This document shows positions 27,313 through 40,587 of a DNA stretch of 64,000 nucleotides, piece after piece. Numbering within the stretch: the stretch's first letter is position 1; every line of letters starts with the position of its first letter. The DNA lies in assembly GCF_009914755.1 (NCBI RefSeq), contig NC_060936.1; one strand, given 5' to 3'. Source of the DNA: the human T2T-CHM13v2.0 reference genome, Homo sapiens. The translations under genes were made by a program, and so were the position numbers. The notes beneath the pieces were generated by a model that worked only from the letters and a program-made list of their open reading frames with translations, searched no databases and was not told the DNA's origin.

Positions 27313-27577
27313 GTTGTTGATAATATATTTTGTATCTAAGAACCATGTTTATTTGAAAGAACTTTACTCTTTAGTAATAAAATGAGTATATTATTTAAAC
27401 ATAATAAACATGGTTAATATTGTTTCCAAATCCTTTTAAACCATTTTATTTATACAGACATGCTAATTCTATGCAATTAGTGTTAATTTCTAATATCATT
27501 CTGCTGTCTCCCTAAACATATAGCTTTCTACTCATTTTTGTCTTCATCATTCTACTAATACTAATTAGTATTACTTC

Positions 27578-27642
27578 TACACATCTATTCTGGACTGCAG
27601 AAATTACTAATTTATTACACATCTATTCAGGACTGCAGAAAT
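27578..27642 (+). repeat. Tandem duplication, period 38
   Basis: TACACATCTATTC(T/A)GGACTGCAGAAAT at 27578 and 27616. Confidence 0.9.
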
Positions 27643-27804
27643 ATTAAAGCACATACAACTGCACGTTTCTTCTCTCTCCCCAAACTTTATATTAGTCAAA
27701 GAATATTCAGCATAAAATCCAATTTTTCTATTTACTTTTTCTCTTCTTTCTTCTTCACTGTTTAATCCCATAGACAGATTGCTTCCGGTGAAAATTGCTT
27801 ATTC

Positions 27805-28095
27805 TTTTTTTCTTGTTGAAGAAAGGGTCTCACTCTGTCACCGAGGCTGGTGCACACTGATGCAATCTTGACTCACTGCAGCCTCGACTTCCTAGACTCA
27901 AGACATACTCCTGCCTCAGCCTCCTGAGTAGCTTGGGCAACGGGGAACCACTACCATGCCCAGCTATTTATTTTTCGTTTTATTTTTATAGAGACAGGGT
28001 CTCACTATGTTGCCCAGGGTGGTCTCCAACTACTGGCCTCAAGTGATCCTCCCACCTCAGCATCCCAAAGTGCTGGGATTAGGGATTACAAGGAT
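27805..28095 (-). mobile_element. AluJ abutting the 3' end of the RPL30 pseudogene
   Basis: Diverged dimeric Alu with its 5' head missing or degenerate and a short internal duplication (TGTAATCCCTAATCCCAGC). Confidence 0.9.
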
Positions 28096-28103
28096 AAACC
28101 TCT

Positions 28104-28557
28104 GGCAAGTTTTACTAAAGAAAAATTATTTTGCTTGGTTTACTTTTCACCAGTATCTTCTGGCATGCTTCTAAAGACATCAGAATAACCTGGATCAATG
28201 ATAGCCAGTGTGCACAGTCTGTAGTATTTTCCACATGCTGTGCCCAGTCCAGTATTATTACCACTGTAGTGATGAACACCAGTTTAGGCCAACATGGTGT
28301 AGTACTCTATTGGGGATTTCCTCAAAGCTGGGCACTTGTTAGTGAGGATGACCAATTTTGCTTTTTCTTATCTAATCATCTTCAGAATCTGCTTGTACCC
28401 CAGGACATACTTTCCACTTTTCATAACAAGTTGGAGCCTAGCGTTGATCAACTCCAGTGACTTTTCCATCATTTTTGCCACCATCATATTCCTGGCTTAG
28501 GTGCCAGATGGCCCCCAACCAAGAACAGCCGCCAAGATGGCCAGGGAATGAGAAAAG
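28104..28557 (-). pseudogene. Processed pseudogene of ribosomal protein L30 (RPL30)
   Basis: Intronless 348-nt frame from 28487 to 28140: [113 protein letters not shown]. It is colinear with RPL30 and has two premature TAA codons. It keeps the 5'-TOP-like start CTTTTCTC, the 5'UTR, and a 3'UTR with a degenerate polyA signal (AGTAAA). Confidence 0.96.
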
Positions 28558-30895
28558 CAAATTGTTCATTCTTATCATGGTGCACAAATATTTTGTTTCA
28601 CAGAAAATTTAACCCTCAGAATTATAAATTTTCCCATAAATTTAAAAATAACATACTCTACAAAAAAAAAAAATCATAGACACAGCTGATAAATATCAAA
28701 CTAATTAACTTAATATGAGATTTCTTGTTTTTTTTTTCTCATCCACTCACTGATGAGAGGTAAAAACAGCAGGAATATGGCCCAAAAACAAGTCACAAAG
28801 AAAGAGCTAGACAGTGCCTGAACCATCAAGAGCTGACCACAGTGTCTTCTTGTAAGAAATGTGGCCACTGGTGAACAGCCATGTCTAGGAATGTCTAGAC
28901 ATAAAATGGGCAGAGGAAGACAGTCTTGCATACATTTATGCATCTCATTTGTGCTTAGCTAATGGATAATTATATACTTCATACTATAGTTATAAAAATA
29001 ATGTATAAGGAGAATCTAGTATAATTTTGGAAAGATTAGGTATTTAGTGTCTGTTGAAATGAAGGAGTGAGGAAAGAAAAAGAGAAATAAAAAGGAGATA
29101 AAAATACAATGTATCTAAAATCTCAAAGTCTTTCTGGTATTCACTCTTTCTGGTATTCATTCCCAGAAATAATACATTCAAAAAACATGTATAGCTTAAT
29201 GAATGCAATTATACATTATACTTATTCATTAAATGTTTCCAAACAATCCTTTTAGTGGTATTTAGTAACAAATTTATCTCTCTTTTGCATCCACTCAATA
29301 AAAAAAAATTGGGTGAAAACTATGTGCATCTTAAATATGTCAAGAAATATAAAAGAAATTAAGTCAGAGAAAAAAGAAAAGTCTCCTGAACTATGGTCTC
29401 CAGTATAATAGCTGACATTTCTGTAATAGTACCTGTTATTATAATTCATTAGCAACTGCTAAATTACCAGCATCTACAGATGCTATCTTGTTACCATGGA
29501 AATGCAGAATATATGAATTAATTAGGACCATGGTTGAAAAAAAAAAGGACAGAAGGGTGCCTAGTTTCTACAGGAAGCGGTTTCCTTCAATAGCTTTTAT
29601 TATTATTATTATTCATCTAACAAATATCTCATGTTTTAAAATCTAATTATTAGGCATGTAACCTTTTTTATCAGACAAGGCATCAGTTCCACATTACTTA
29701 CTTGCTATGACTTCTTAAATTCTGGGTTTAATCAACAGTTTTCATGTCAATACTGTGCACCCCTAACTTTTTGCTGCTCATTATTTCTTATATACAATCA
29801 GTTTAAGAGAGCTATTTGTCATTGTTACAAAAACATTACTATCACCATGGTTCCTTTCCTTAAGAGGTAGTTTATAAACAAATTCCTGAATGGAGGTTTC
29901 CAAACACCAAAGTTATCATAAGTGAATGCAATAAGTATATTCCCTCAGAAAGGCATAAACGGAATATGATATAACCTAATTTGTCATTTATTATTAGTTT
30001 GACAAAGAGTATTATTAGAAGGCCAATTAGTCTGTATAAAATCTATGGCAGGAAAAAAAAAAAAAACTCAGAGACTTGTTGAAGTGTTTCTGGCAGAGAC
30101 AGGGTAAAGAGTGCCCTGACAAACCAGTGAAAAGTTCTGCTTGATTTGGTAGATTTCTCTATACACTGGAAAGAAACCAAAAGAACATGAACATTTATCA
30201 GTCACCAACTACACTGTCCTAGGAATGCAAATAACTGCTTTGTTCTGATTACAAGTTCACCAAACAACTTTCCATAAAGGTGTCAGATCCTTCTTCTGTA
30301 AGAAGAGACAGAACAAAAAACCCCAAAACACTGACCAGCTAAACAGGGCACTTCACTTCGCTTGGTACTTCTCCTTATTTTACAAAAAGCATTCTGGTCC
30401 TTTCTCAAGTCTATTTTAGGTTGGGTTAATGGAAATAATCAGCTCTATCCCCAATCAACTCAATAAGAACTGAAAAGGAAAAAATCAACTTTACAGAACA
30501 GAAAAATAGAAGGCCAGAACCTGGATTTGGGTGATGCCAAAGTAATGCCATCCAACAAGATCCTTTTTGAACAGCCATTTTACATCTTCCCTTAAATATC
30601 AATTTTCTCAATCTCTATTCAAAATGCTTTTTCTTCTGTTGTGACCATCCTAGTTACTTCCCTTCACCTCTGGACATCCTTTAAAAATTTTTTATTGCAG
30701 CATTTTCTTATTCCTAACCACATAAAATAATAAACTCTGTTTGGCGTTTTTGTCAAAGCACTTCCAAGTCATTATCTCATTTGAAGCTTAGGGCCACCTT
30801 CGGAATATAAGCAGGACAAATATCAGCCCATATTTATATAAAGGAACAGAAGACCCAACCGGTTATATGCAGGGACTTCAAGGTGGGGATTAGGG

Positions 30896-31035
30896 CAGTG
30901 GTTCTCAGATATGGCCCTCTGAACCCTCTTACCTAGGGACAACTGTCACCTACTGGACACATTTGCTAAACCAGCAGAAGTTTTGCTACTGGCACTTAGT
31001 GAATACAGGCCAGAAATGCTGCTAAGCATCTTAAA
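30896..31035 (+). mobile_element. MER20-like (hAT-Charlie) 5' fragment
   Basis: Starts CAGTGGTTCTCA and contains TGCTACTGGCACTTAGTGAATACAGGCCAGAAATGCTGCTAAGCATC. Confidence 0.65.
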
Positions 31036-34000
31036 AAGTCCATTTTTGGGCTCTCTGTCTCACTGATCTACGCGTGTCTATTCTTTCACCACACTGTCTT
31101 GATTACTGTCACTTTTTAGTTATTCTTCTTATTTTACTATTTTTTAAAGAGGGTACTGCTCTGTTACCCAGGCTGGTCTCGAAATTCTATTGATATGATG
31201 TGATTATTTAGTCTGTTGATGTGATAATATCAATTTTAAAAAGCTGAATCAGTCTTGCATACTTGGGACAAATCCCAATTCATAATGGTATATGTCTTTA
31301 GTGTTGAATTCAATTTTATAATATTTTATTGATGATTTCTACATCTATGTATCTGAGAGATACTGGTCTATAGTTTTCTTGTATTTTCTGGCTTTGGTAT
31401 TAATACTGGCTTCATAAAATGAGTTAGAAAGCATTCCCTCTGCCTCTACCTTCTAAAGGAAATTCTAAACAATTGGTACAGTTTCTCTCTTAAATCTTTG
31501 CTAGAATTCACTTGTAAACCCATCTGAACCTGGTGCTTTCAGTTTTGGAAGGTTATGATATATTGTATCTTTCAGGGAATTGGTCCATTTCATCTAGGTT
31601 ATCAAACTTGTAGGGATAGAGTTATTCATAGTATTCCTTTGTCATTTTTAATGTCCATGGAATCTGTAGTGCTGTCACCTCTTTCATATCTGATATTCGC
31701 AATTTATGTGGTCTCTTTTTTTCTTAGCCTGACTAAAGCTCTGCTTACTTTACCTTTTCAAATAACCAGTTTTTTGTTTTGTAGATTTCCTCTATCAATT
31801 TCCTGTTTCCAATTTCATTTCCACTCCAATATTTACTATTTCTTATCTTCTGCCTACCTTGGATTTAATTCCCTCTTTTCTTGTCTCCTAAGGTCAAAGC
31901 CTAGAAGACTGACTCTAGCACTTTCTCCTTCTGTTACTAAATACATCAAATACTATAAATTTAAAAGCACTGCTTTCAGTGAATCCCACAAATTTTCATT
32001 TTTCACTTTCATTTAGCTCTAAATTTTTTGCTATTTCTATTCAGATTTTTTGACTCATGTTATTTAGAAGTGTGTTGTTTAACCTGCAAGCATTTTGGAA
32101 TTATCCAGCTATCCTTCTGCTGTTGATTTTGTTTAATTCCATTGTAGCCTAAGGACAGTTATTATATGATTGTATTCTTTTTAAATTGTTAAGGTTTCAC
32201 AGTTCAGAATGTGTTCTACGTTCTATGTTCTATCTGAGCTAGGGAAGAATGTGTATTCTGTTGTTGGATGAAGTAGTCTACAGATGTCAGTTATATCCAG
32301 TTGAGTAATGGTGTTGTTGAGTTCAACAATGTCTGTACTGATTTTCTGCCTGCTAAATCTGGCCATTTCTGATAGAAGGGTAATGAAGTCTCCAACTATA
32401 ATAGTGATTCATCTATTTTTTCCTCACAGTTCTACCAGTATTTGCATTGAGAATTTGGTCACTCTGTTATTAGGCACATAAGGTAAATTGGAGAACTAAC
32501 ACTTTTACCATTATAGAACTCATGTGTCTTTATCCCTGATAACTTTACTTGCTCTGAAATCTGCTGTTTGAAATTAATATAGCTAATCCTATTTTCTTTT
32601 GATTAATGTTAGCATGGCATATCTTTCCCATGCTTTTAATCCATGTGTATTTATATTTAAAGAGTTTCATATAGACAGCAATAAAGTTGGGTCTTGTTTT
32701 TATAGGCACTCCTGCAATCTGCCTTTTAATTGGTACATTTAGACCACTGACCTTCGAAGTGATTACTGACAATTAGATCAAAGTCTACCATATTTATTGT
32801 TTTCATTTATTTGTTCTTATTTTTGTCATTCACCCTTTTTCTGCCTTGTGTGGATTTAGTTGAGCATTTTACGTGATTTTATCTTCACTCCTTTCTCACC
32901 ACATTGGTTATACTGCTTTCATTACTTTTTCTTTGTGCTGGCCCTAGAGTTTGCAATATACATTTACAACTAATTCAGGTCCACCTTCAAGTGCCACTAG
33001 ATCATTTCATGAGTAGTATGAATACCTTATAATAGCAAAATAATGCTAATTCCTTCCATCCATCCCTTGTATAATTTCTGTCATGCATTTCACATATAAA
33101 TAAGCATAAACATATACACACACACATGCACATACAAGCACATGTACACACCAGAAAGAGTCTCTGAGCTTGAGGATATATGTATGTAACAGAAACCTCC
33201 AAAACTGAAAAGCAAGGAGAAAAAATACTGGGGGGAAATGAACCATAAACAAACCATGTATATATGTGCTTAAGTATAGACAAGTATATATATAGACAAG
33301 CACACATAATCAAAGGCATTATTGCTACTATTTTCAATAAAGTGTTGTCTCAGATCAATGATTAATTAAAAAATGAAAGTTTTATTTTACCTTCATTTAT
33401 TTCTCTCCAATGTTTTCTTACGTAGATCTGAGTTTCTGACATATCATTTTTTACATTTCTTGCATGGCAAGTCTACTGGCAACAAATTTCCTTTGTTTAA
33501 GCAATTTTCTATTTATCCTTGTCTTTTGAAGGAAAAATTTAACAGGGTACAAAATCCTAGACTGGTAGGGCTTCATTCTCTCAACACTTTAAATATTTCA
33601 CTCCACTCTCTTCTTGCTAGCACTGTTCCTGAGAAAAAGGTATTCTTATCTTTGCTATTATATAGATAATATATAATATTATTTATTATGATCTGGCTTA
33701 TTTCAGGATTTTTACCTTTGATTTTTCTGTAGTTTAAAAATGACATGCCTTCACATAGCTATTCTGCCATTTATTCTGCTTTGTCAACTAGGAAATTGTA
33801 GGATCTGTGGTTTGGCTGGGAAATGCTCAGTCATTATTGCTTCAAATATTTCTTCTTTTCCTTTCTCTCTTCCTGATATTTCTTTTATATGTATGTTACA
33901 CCTTTTGTAGTTGTCCCCATGGTTCTGATATTCCGTTATGGTTTGTTTACTCCAGTATTTTTTCACTTTGCTTTTCAGTTTTGGAGGATTCTTTTAAAAA

Positions 34001-35425
34001 CATCCTCAAGCTTGGACATTCTTTCTTCAGCCATGTCCAGTCTATTAAAGCCCATCAAAGACATTTTTTTTTTTTTTTTGAGTCGGAGTCTTGCTCTGTC
34101 ACCCAGGCTAGAGGACATGGGTGTGATCACAGCTCACAGCAGACTCCAAATCCTGAGCTCAAGGGATCCTCCCACCTCAGCCTCCCAAGTAGATGGAACT
34201 ACAGGCATGCACCACCTATGTCCAGCTATTTTTAAAACTTTTTGTAGAGATGCAGTCTTAGTATGTTGCCCAGGATGGTCTCAAACTCCCAGTCTCAAGT
34301 GATTCTCCTGCCTCAGCCTCCCATAGCATTGGGATTACAGGGATGAACTGCTGCACCCAGCCCCATATTCTTCATTTCTGGCATAGTGTTTTTGATCTCT
34401 AGCATTTCTTTTACAGATTCTTAGAATTATCATCTCTCTGCTTACATTACCCATCTGTCCTTGCAAGCTATTTTATCCATTAGAGCCCTTAGCTTATTAT
34501 TCATAGTTGTTTTCAGTTCCCAATCTGATGATTCCAGAACCCCTGACATATCTGAGTTTGATTCTGATGTTTGCTCTGTCTCTTCCTTCAGCCCATTTTT
34601 CCCCCTTTTACTGTATCTTCTCATTTTTTTCTTGATAGCCAGACATGACACACTGGTTAACGGATATAAATACATTGTCAGTAATAAAGTGGTAAGGTGT
34701 AGGAGAAGGAGAAACACTCTACAGTGTTATGATTAGGTCTCAAGCTTTAGTGAGGCTGTGCCTCTGGACTGGGAACTTCACAAGTGCTTCTCAGTTCTCT
34801 TCTCTCTTAGTTGGAACAGAATGGCTAGAGGGTAGAGGAGTTTAATATTCCCCTTTTCTCAAATAAAAGGCTAGAGAGAACTAGAATTGGGTGCTTTGCT
34901 TACCCCAGGCCACTTACACTGTGTTTTAACTAATTTTTTCTGAAGCAGACCTCATTTAAAAACAAAACAAAACAGAGTACTCTGGCATACTTCAAAATGG
35001 CTCCTTTTCCCTTCCTTGTGCCAGAAGCAAAGGGAAATTTTCTCAAATATTCACTGTGAAAACCTGGTAGAGCAGCAAGAGGTGAAATTCATAAGAGTGG
35101 AAGACCCCTCCACCCACTTCTGCTTACTAGGTCCTCCTGGAGTTTTTAAAATCTAAGATTTGTCCACAGTGAATCTCTAGCAATTTGTCAACTATAATGC
35201 AGGTTTTCCTATACAAGCAATGTTTCCCATGGAAGACTTTGTTAATTGGTTATCACTCAAGTAAATTATGGTTAGCTGTATCCACCTGCCTCTCCAGTTT
35301 TGGGGGTAGTGGTTTGTCCTATGACCTCACTTCTCTTTAGGTCCAGGAAGAACTGCTGATTTTTCAATTTGTCCCATTTTTTACCTGTTAGAGCAGACTG
35401 GTGACTACAAGCTCCTGATATGCCC
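31036..35425 (-). mobile_element. Old L1M (L1MC/MD-like) with 5'UTR, ORF1 and endonuclease remnants
   Basis: ORF 32545..32772 is EN-like (VSGLNVPIKRQ...KICHANINQKKIGLAILIS). ORFs 33784..33966 and 34442..34717 are ORF1-like. It is interrupted by an Alu fragment (~31140-31185) and an AluJ. Confidence 0.85.
34063..34363 (-). mobile_element. AluJ inserted in L1M
   Basis: Dimeric diverged Alu with T tail at 34064-34079. Confidence 0.92.
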
Positions 35426-35439
35426 AACAATTTCATTAG

Positions 35440-36075
35440 CAGCAATTTGATTATAATATTATCTGGGCATGGCTTTCTTTGAAATAATACCATTTGAAGT
35501 TTGCTGAGTTTCTTGAATCTGTAAGTTTATGTCTTTCACCAAGTTTGGAGAGTTTTCAGGCCTTGTATCTTTAAATATTTTTTCTTCAGATATTTGTTTT
35601 TCCTCTTCTGGCATTATGCTGACACAAATGTTAGAAATCCAAATATTGTCCTACAAGTCCTTAAGAGTTGGTTCATTTTTTTTCCATTTTCCCTCTTATT
35701 TTAGGTAATTTCTATTGTTTGAATTACTTATATTTATCTGTCTTAAGTTCACTCACTTTTTTCATCTCTCTCTGCCATTAAATCAATCCATTTTCCATTT
35801 GAGTCCTTTATTAAAGTACGTGTTTTTCTGTTGAGAACTTCTATCTTTCCATTCATTGCAAGTGTTTTCACTTTTATCTCTTGGATCACAGTTACCAAAG
35901 CCAATTTAAAGTTTTTGTGTGATAAATCCACCATCTGGGTCATCTTGTAGTGAGCACCTGTTATCTTTTCCCTTAGCAACTTGTCAGATTTCCCTGATTC
36001 TCTATGTTAAGTGCCTTTGCATTATATTCTGAACATGTTGGATATTATGTTTTCATTGGGTCCTGCTAAAAATGT
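35440..36075 (-). mobile_element. Older L1M ORF1 fragment; its 5'UTR probably continues at 42965-43870
   Basis: ORF 35749..35979 is ORF1 coiled-coil-like (KMTQMVDLSHKNFK...NGKIEVLNRK). Confidence 0.6.
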
Positions 36076-39000
36076 TTTCTTAAAAGTGCAGGTTTGTTAC
36101 ATGGGTAAACTGCACATCACTGGAGTTTGGTGTACAAATTATTTCATCTCCCAGGTAGAGAGCATAGTACCTGATAGGTAGTTTTTTGATCCTCACCCTC
36201 CTCCCAACCTCCACCCTCAAATAAGCCCAGTCAGGGTCTACTGTTCCTCTTTGCATCCATGAGTACTCAGTGTTTAGCTCTTACTTATAAGTGAGAACAT
36301 GAAGTATCTGATTTTCTGTTCTTGCATTAATTCACATTGGATAATGTTACTAGCAGCATCCATGTTGCTGGAAAGGACATGATCTGATTTTTTTTATAGT
36401 GTGTAGTATTCCATGGTGTATATGTACATTTTCTTTATCCAGTCCACCATTGATGAACATCTAGGTTGATTCCATGTCTTTGCTGTGTGAACAGTGCTGT
36501 GATGAACATATGTTTGCATGTGTCTTTATGATAGAACGAATTATATTTCTTTGGGTATATACCCAGTAAGGGGACTGCTGGATCGAATGGTAGTTCTGTT
36601 TTACATTGAGAAATCACCACAATGCTTTCCACGGTGGTTGAACTAATTTACATTACCACCACCAGCACTGTATGTGTTTCCTTTTCTCCACAGCCTCTCC
36701 AGCATGTTTTTCGTATGCTTTTTGTTTTTGACTTTTCAATAACTGCCATTCTGACTGGTATGAGATGCTATCTCATCATGGTTTTGATCTGCATTTCTTT
36801 AATGATTAATGATGTTGAGCATTTTTTCATATTCTTGTTGGCTGTGTGTGTCTTCTTTTGAAAAGTGTTCATGTCCTTTGCCCATTTTTTACTGGGGCTG
36901 TTTGATTTTTGCTTGTTGATTTAAGTTCCTTACAGAATCTGGATATTAGACCTTTGTTGGATGCATAGTTTGCAAATACTTTCTCCCATTTTGAAGGTTG
37001 TCTGTTTACTCACACTAGTTTATTTTGCTATGTAGAAGCTCTTTAGTTTAACTAGATCCTATTTCTCAATTTTTATTTTTGTTGCAATTGCTTTTGGAGT
37101 CTTCATCATGGAATCTTTGCCATGGCCTATATCTAGAATGGTATTTCCTAGGCTTCCTTCTAGACTTTTTACAGTTTTAGGTTTTATGTTTAAGTCTTTG
37201 TTCTATCTTGAGTTGATTTTTGTATATGAAGAAAGGAAAGGGTCCAGCTGCAAACTTTTGTATATGGCTAACCAGCTCTTCAAACACCATTTATTAAATA
37301 GGTAATCCTTTCCCCATTGCTTGTTATTGTTGACTTTGTCAAAGATCAGATGGTTGTCAGTGTGCAGCTTTATTTCTGGGTTCTCTAACCTGTTCCACTC
37401 CTCTATATGTCTGTCTTTGTACCAGTATCATGCTGTTTTGGTTACTGTAGCCATGTAATATAGTTTGAAGTTGGTAGGATGATGCCTCTGGCTTTTGTTC
37501 TTTTAGCTTAGGATGGTTTTGGCTATGCATTCTCTTTTTTGGTTGCATATGAATTTTAGAATAGTTTTTTCTAATTCTGTGAAAAATGATATAGGTAGTT
37601 GGGTAGAAATAGCATTGAATCTGTAAACTGAGTTGGACATATGGCCATTTAAACAATATTAACTTTTCCTATCCATGAACATGGAATGTTTTTCCATTTG
37701 TTTGTGTTCTCTTCAACTTCCTTTAGCAGTGTGTGGTAATTCTCATTGCACAGATATTTCACTTCCCTGTATAGCTGTATTCCTAGATATTTTATTATTT
37801 TTGTGGCTTTTGTGAATGGGATTGCATTCTTGATTTGGCTCTCGGCTTCAACGTTATTGATGTATAGAAATGCTACTGATACTTGTACATTGATTTTGTA
37901 TCCTAAAACTTTGCTGAAGTTGTTTATCAATTCTAGAAGCCTCTGGAGAGAGAGTATGGGGTTTTCTAGATATACAATTATATCATCTGTAGATAGATAT
38001 GGTTTGACTTCCTCTCTTCCTATTTGGATGACTTTTACTTTTCTCTTGCATGATTGCTCTGGCTAGGACATCCAGTACTATGCTGAATAGGAGTGGTGAG
38101 ATTGGGCATCCTTGTCTTGTTCTGGTTCTCAAGGAAAATGATTCCAGGTTTTACCCATTCGTTATAATGTTGGCTGTGGGTCTGTCATAAATGGCTCTTA
38201 TTATTTTGAGGTTTGTTCCTTCAATGCCTACTTTGTTGAGGGTTTTTTTACACGAAGGAATGTTGAATTTCATTGAAAGCCTTGTCTGTGTCTATTGAGA
38301 TCATCATGTGGTTTTCAGTTTTATGTGATAAATCACATAGATTTCCATATGTTGAATCAACCTTGCATCCCAGGAATAAGGCCTATTTGATTGTGGTGGA
38401 TTAGCTTTTCGATGTGCTGCTGGATTCAATTTGCTAGTGTTTTGTTAAGGATTTTTGTGTCTGTGTTCATCAGGGATATTAGCCTGAAGTTTTCATCTTT
38501 TATTGTGTCTGCCATATTTTGGTATTAGAATGATCTGGCCTCATAATGAGTCAGAGAGGAGTCCCTCTTACTCAATATTTTCTAGAAGTTCCAATAGGAT
38601 TGATACCAGCTTTTCTTTATACATCTGATAAAATTCAGCTGTAAATCCCTCTGGTCCAGGGCTTTTACTGGTTGGTAGGTTTTTTATTACTGATTCAATT
38701 TCAGAACTCATTATTGATCTGTTCAAGTATTCCATTTCTTCCTAGTTCAATCTTGAGAGGTTTTACATTTCCAGGAATTTATCTATTTTCTCTAGGTTTT
38801 CTAGTTGGTGTGCATAGAGGTATTCGTAATAGTTTCTGAGGGTTCTGTTTTCTGCATTTCTGTGGGGTTGGTGGTAATGTCATCTTTGTCATCTCTGTGT
38901 TTATTAGGATCTTTTTTCTTTATTGGTCTAGCTAACAGTCTCTCAATCTTATGCATTCTTTCGAAGAACCAACTTTTGGTTTCATCAATCTTTTATATGA

Positions 39001-39768
39001 ATTTTCACCTGTGGTTTTTGTTCAGTTCAGCTCAGATTTTTGTTATTTTCTTTTGCTAGCTTTAGGGTTGGCTCCCTCTTGTATTTCTAGTTCCTCTAGG
39101 TGTGATGCTGGGTTGTTAATCTGAGCTCTAACTTGATGTAAGCATTTAGCACTATAAACTTTCCTCTTACCACTGCTTTAGCTGCATCCCAAAGATTCAG
39201 GTGAGTTGTATCTGTTTCCATTAATTTCAAATAACTTATTGATTTGTACCTTAATTTCACTCTACACAAAAGTCATTCAGGGACAGGTTAATTTCCAAGT
39301 AATTGTACAGTTTGGGGGATCTTCTTGGTATTGATTTCTATTTTTATTGCACTGAGGTCTGAAAGACTGGTTGGTAGGGTTTTGTGTTTGTTTTTGTTGA
39401 GAATTGCTTTATGGCCAAATGTGTGGTCAATGTTAGAGTATGTGCCATGTGCAGGTGAGAAGAATGTACATTCTGTTGTTGTTGGGTGGCATATTGTATA
39501 GATGTCTTTTAGATCCATGTGGTTAAGTGTCAAGTTTAGGTCCCTAGTATCTGTTTCTTTCCTGCCTCGATGATCTAACACTGTCAGTGACATGTTGAAG
39601 TCTCCCATTATTATTGTGTGGTTATCTAAGTCTCTTCATAGGTCTCTTACAAACTTGTTTTATTGATCTAAGCACACCAGTGTTGGGTGCAAATATACTT
39701 AAGATAGTTAAGACTGTTTATTTAGTTGAACCATTTATCATTATGTAATGTCCTTCTTTGTCCTTTTT

Positions 39769-40070
<302 letters not shown>

Positions 40071-40165
40071 TGACCATTGATGGCTTAAAGTCTATTTTTT
40101 CTAAATAAGAATAGCAACTCTTGCTCTGTTTGCTTGATAGATCTTTCTCCATCCCTTTACTTTGA

Positions 40166-40587
<422 letters not shown>

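Noticed and set aside
28131-28460. 109-aa plus-strand ORF
   Set aside because: It is the antisense shadow of the RPL30 pseudogene.
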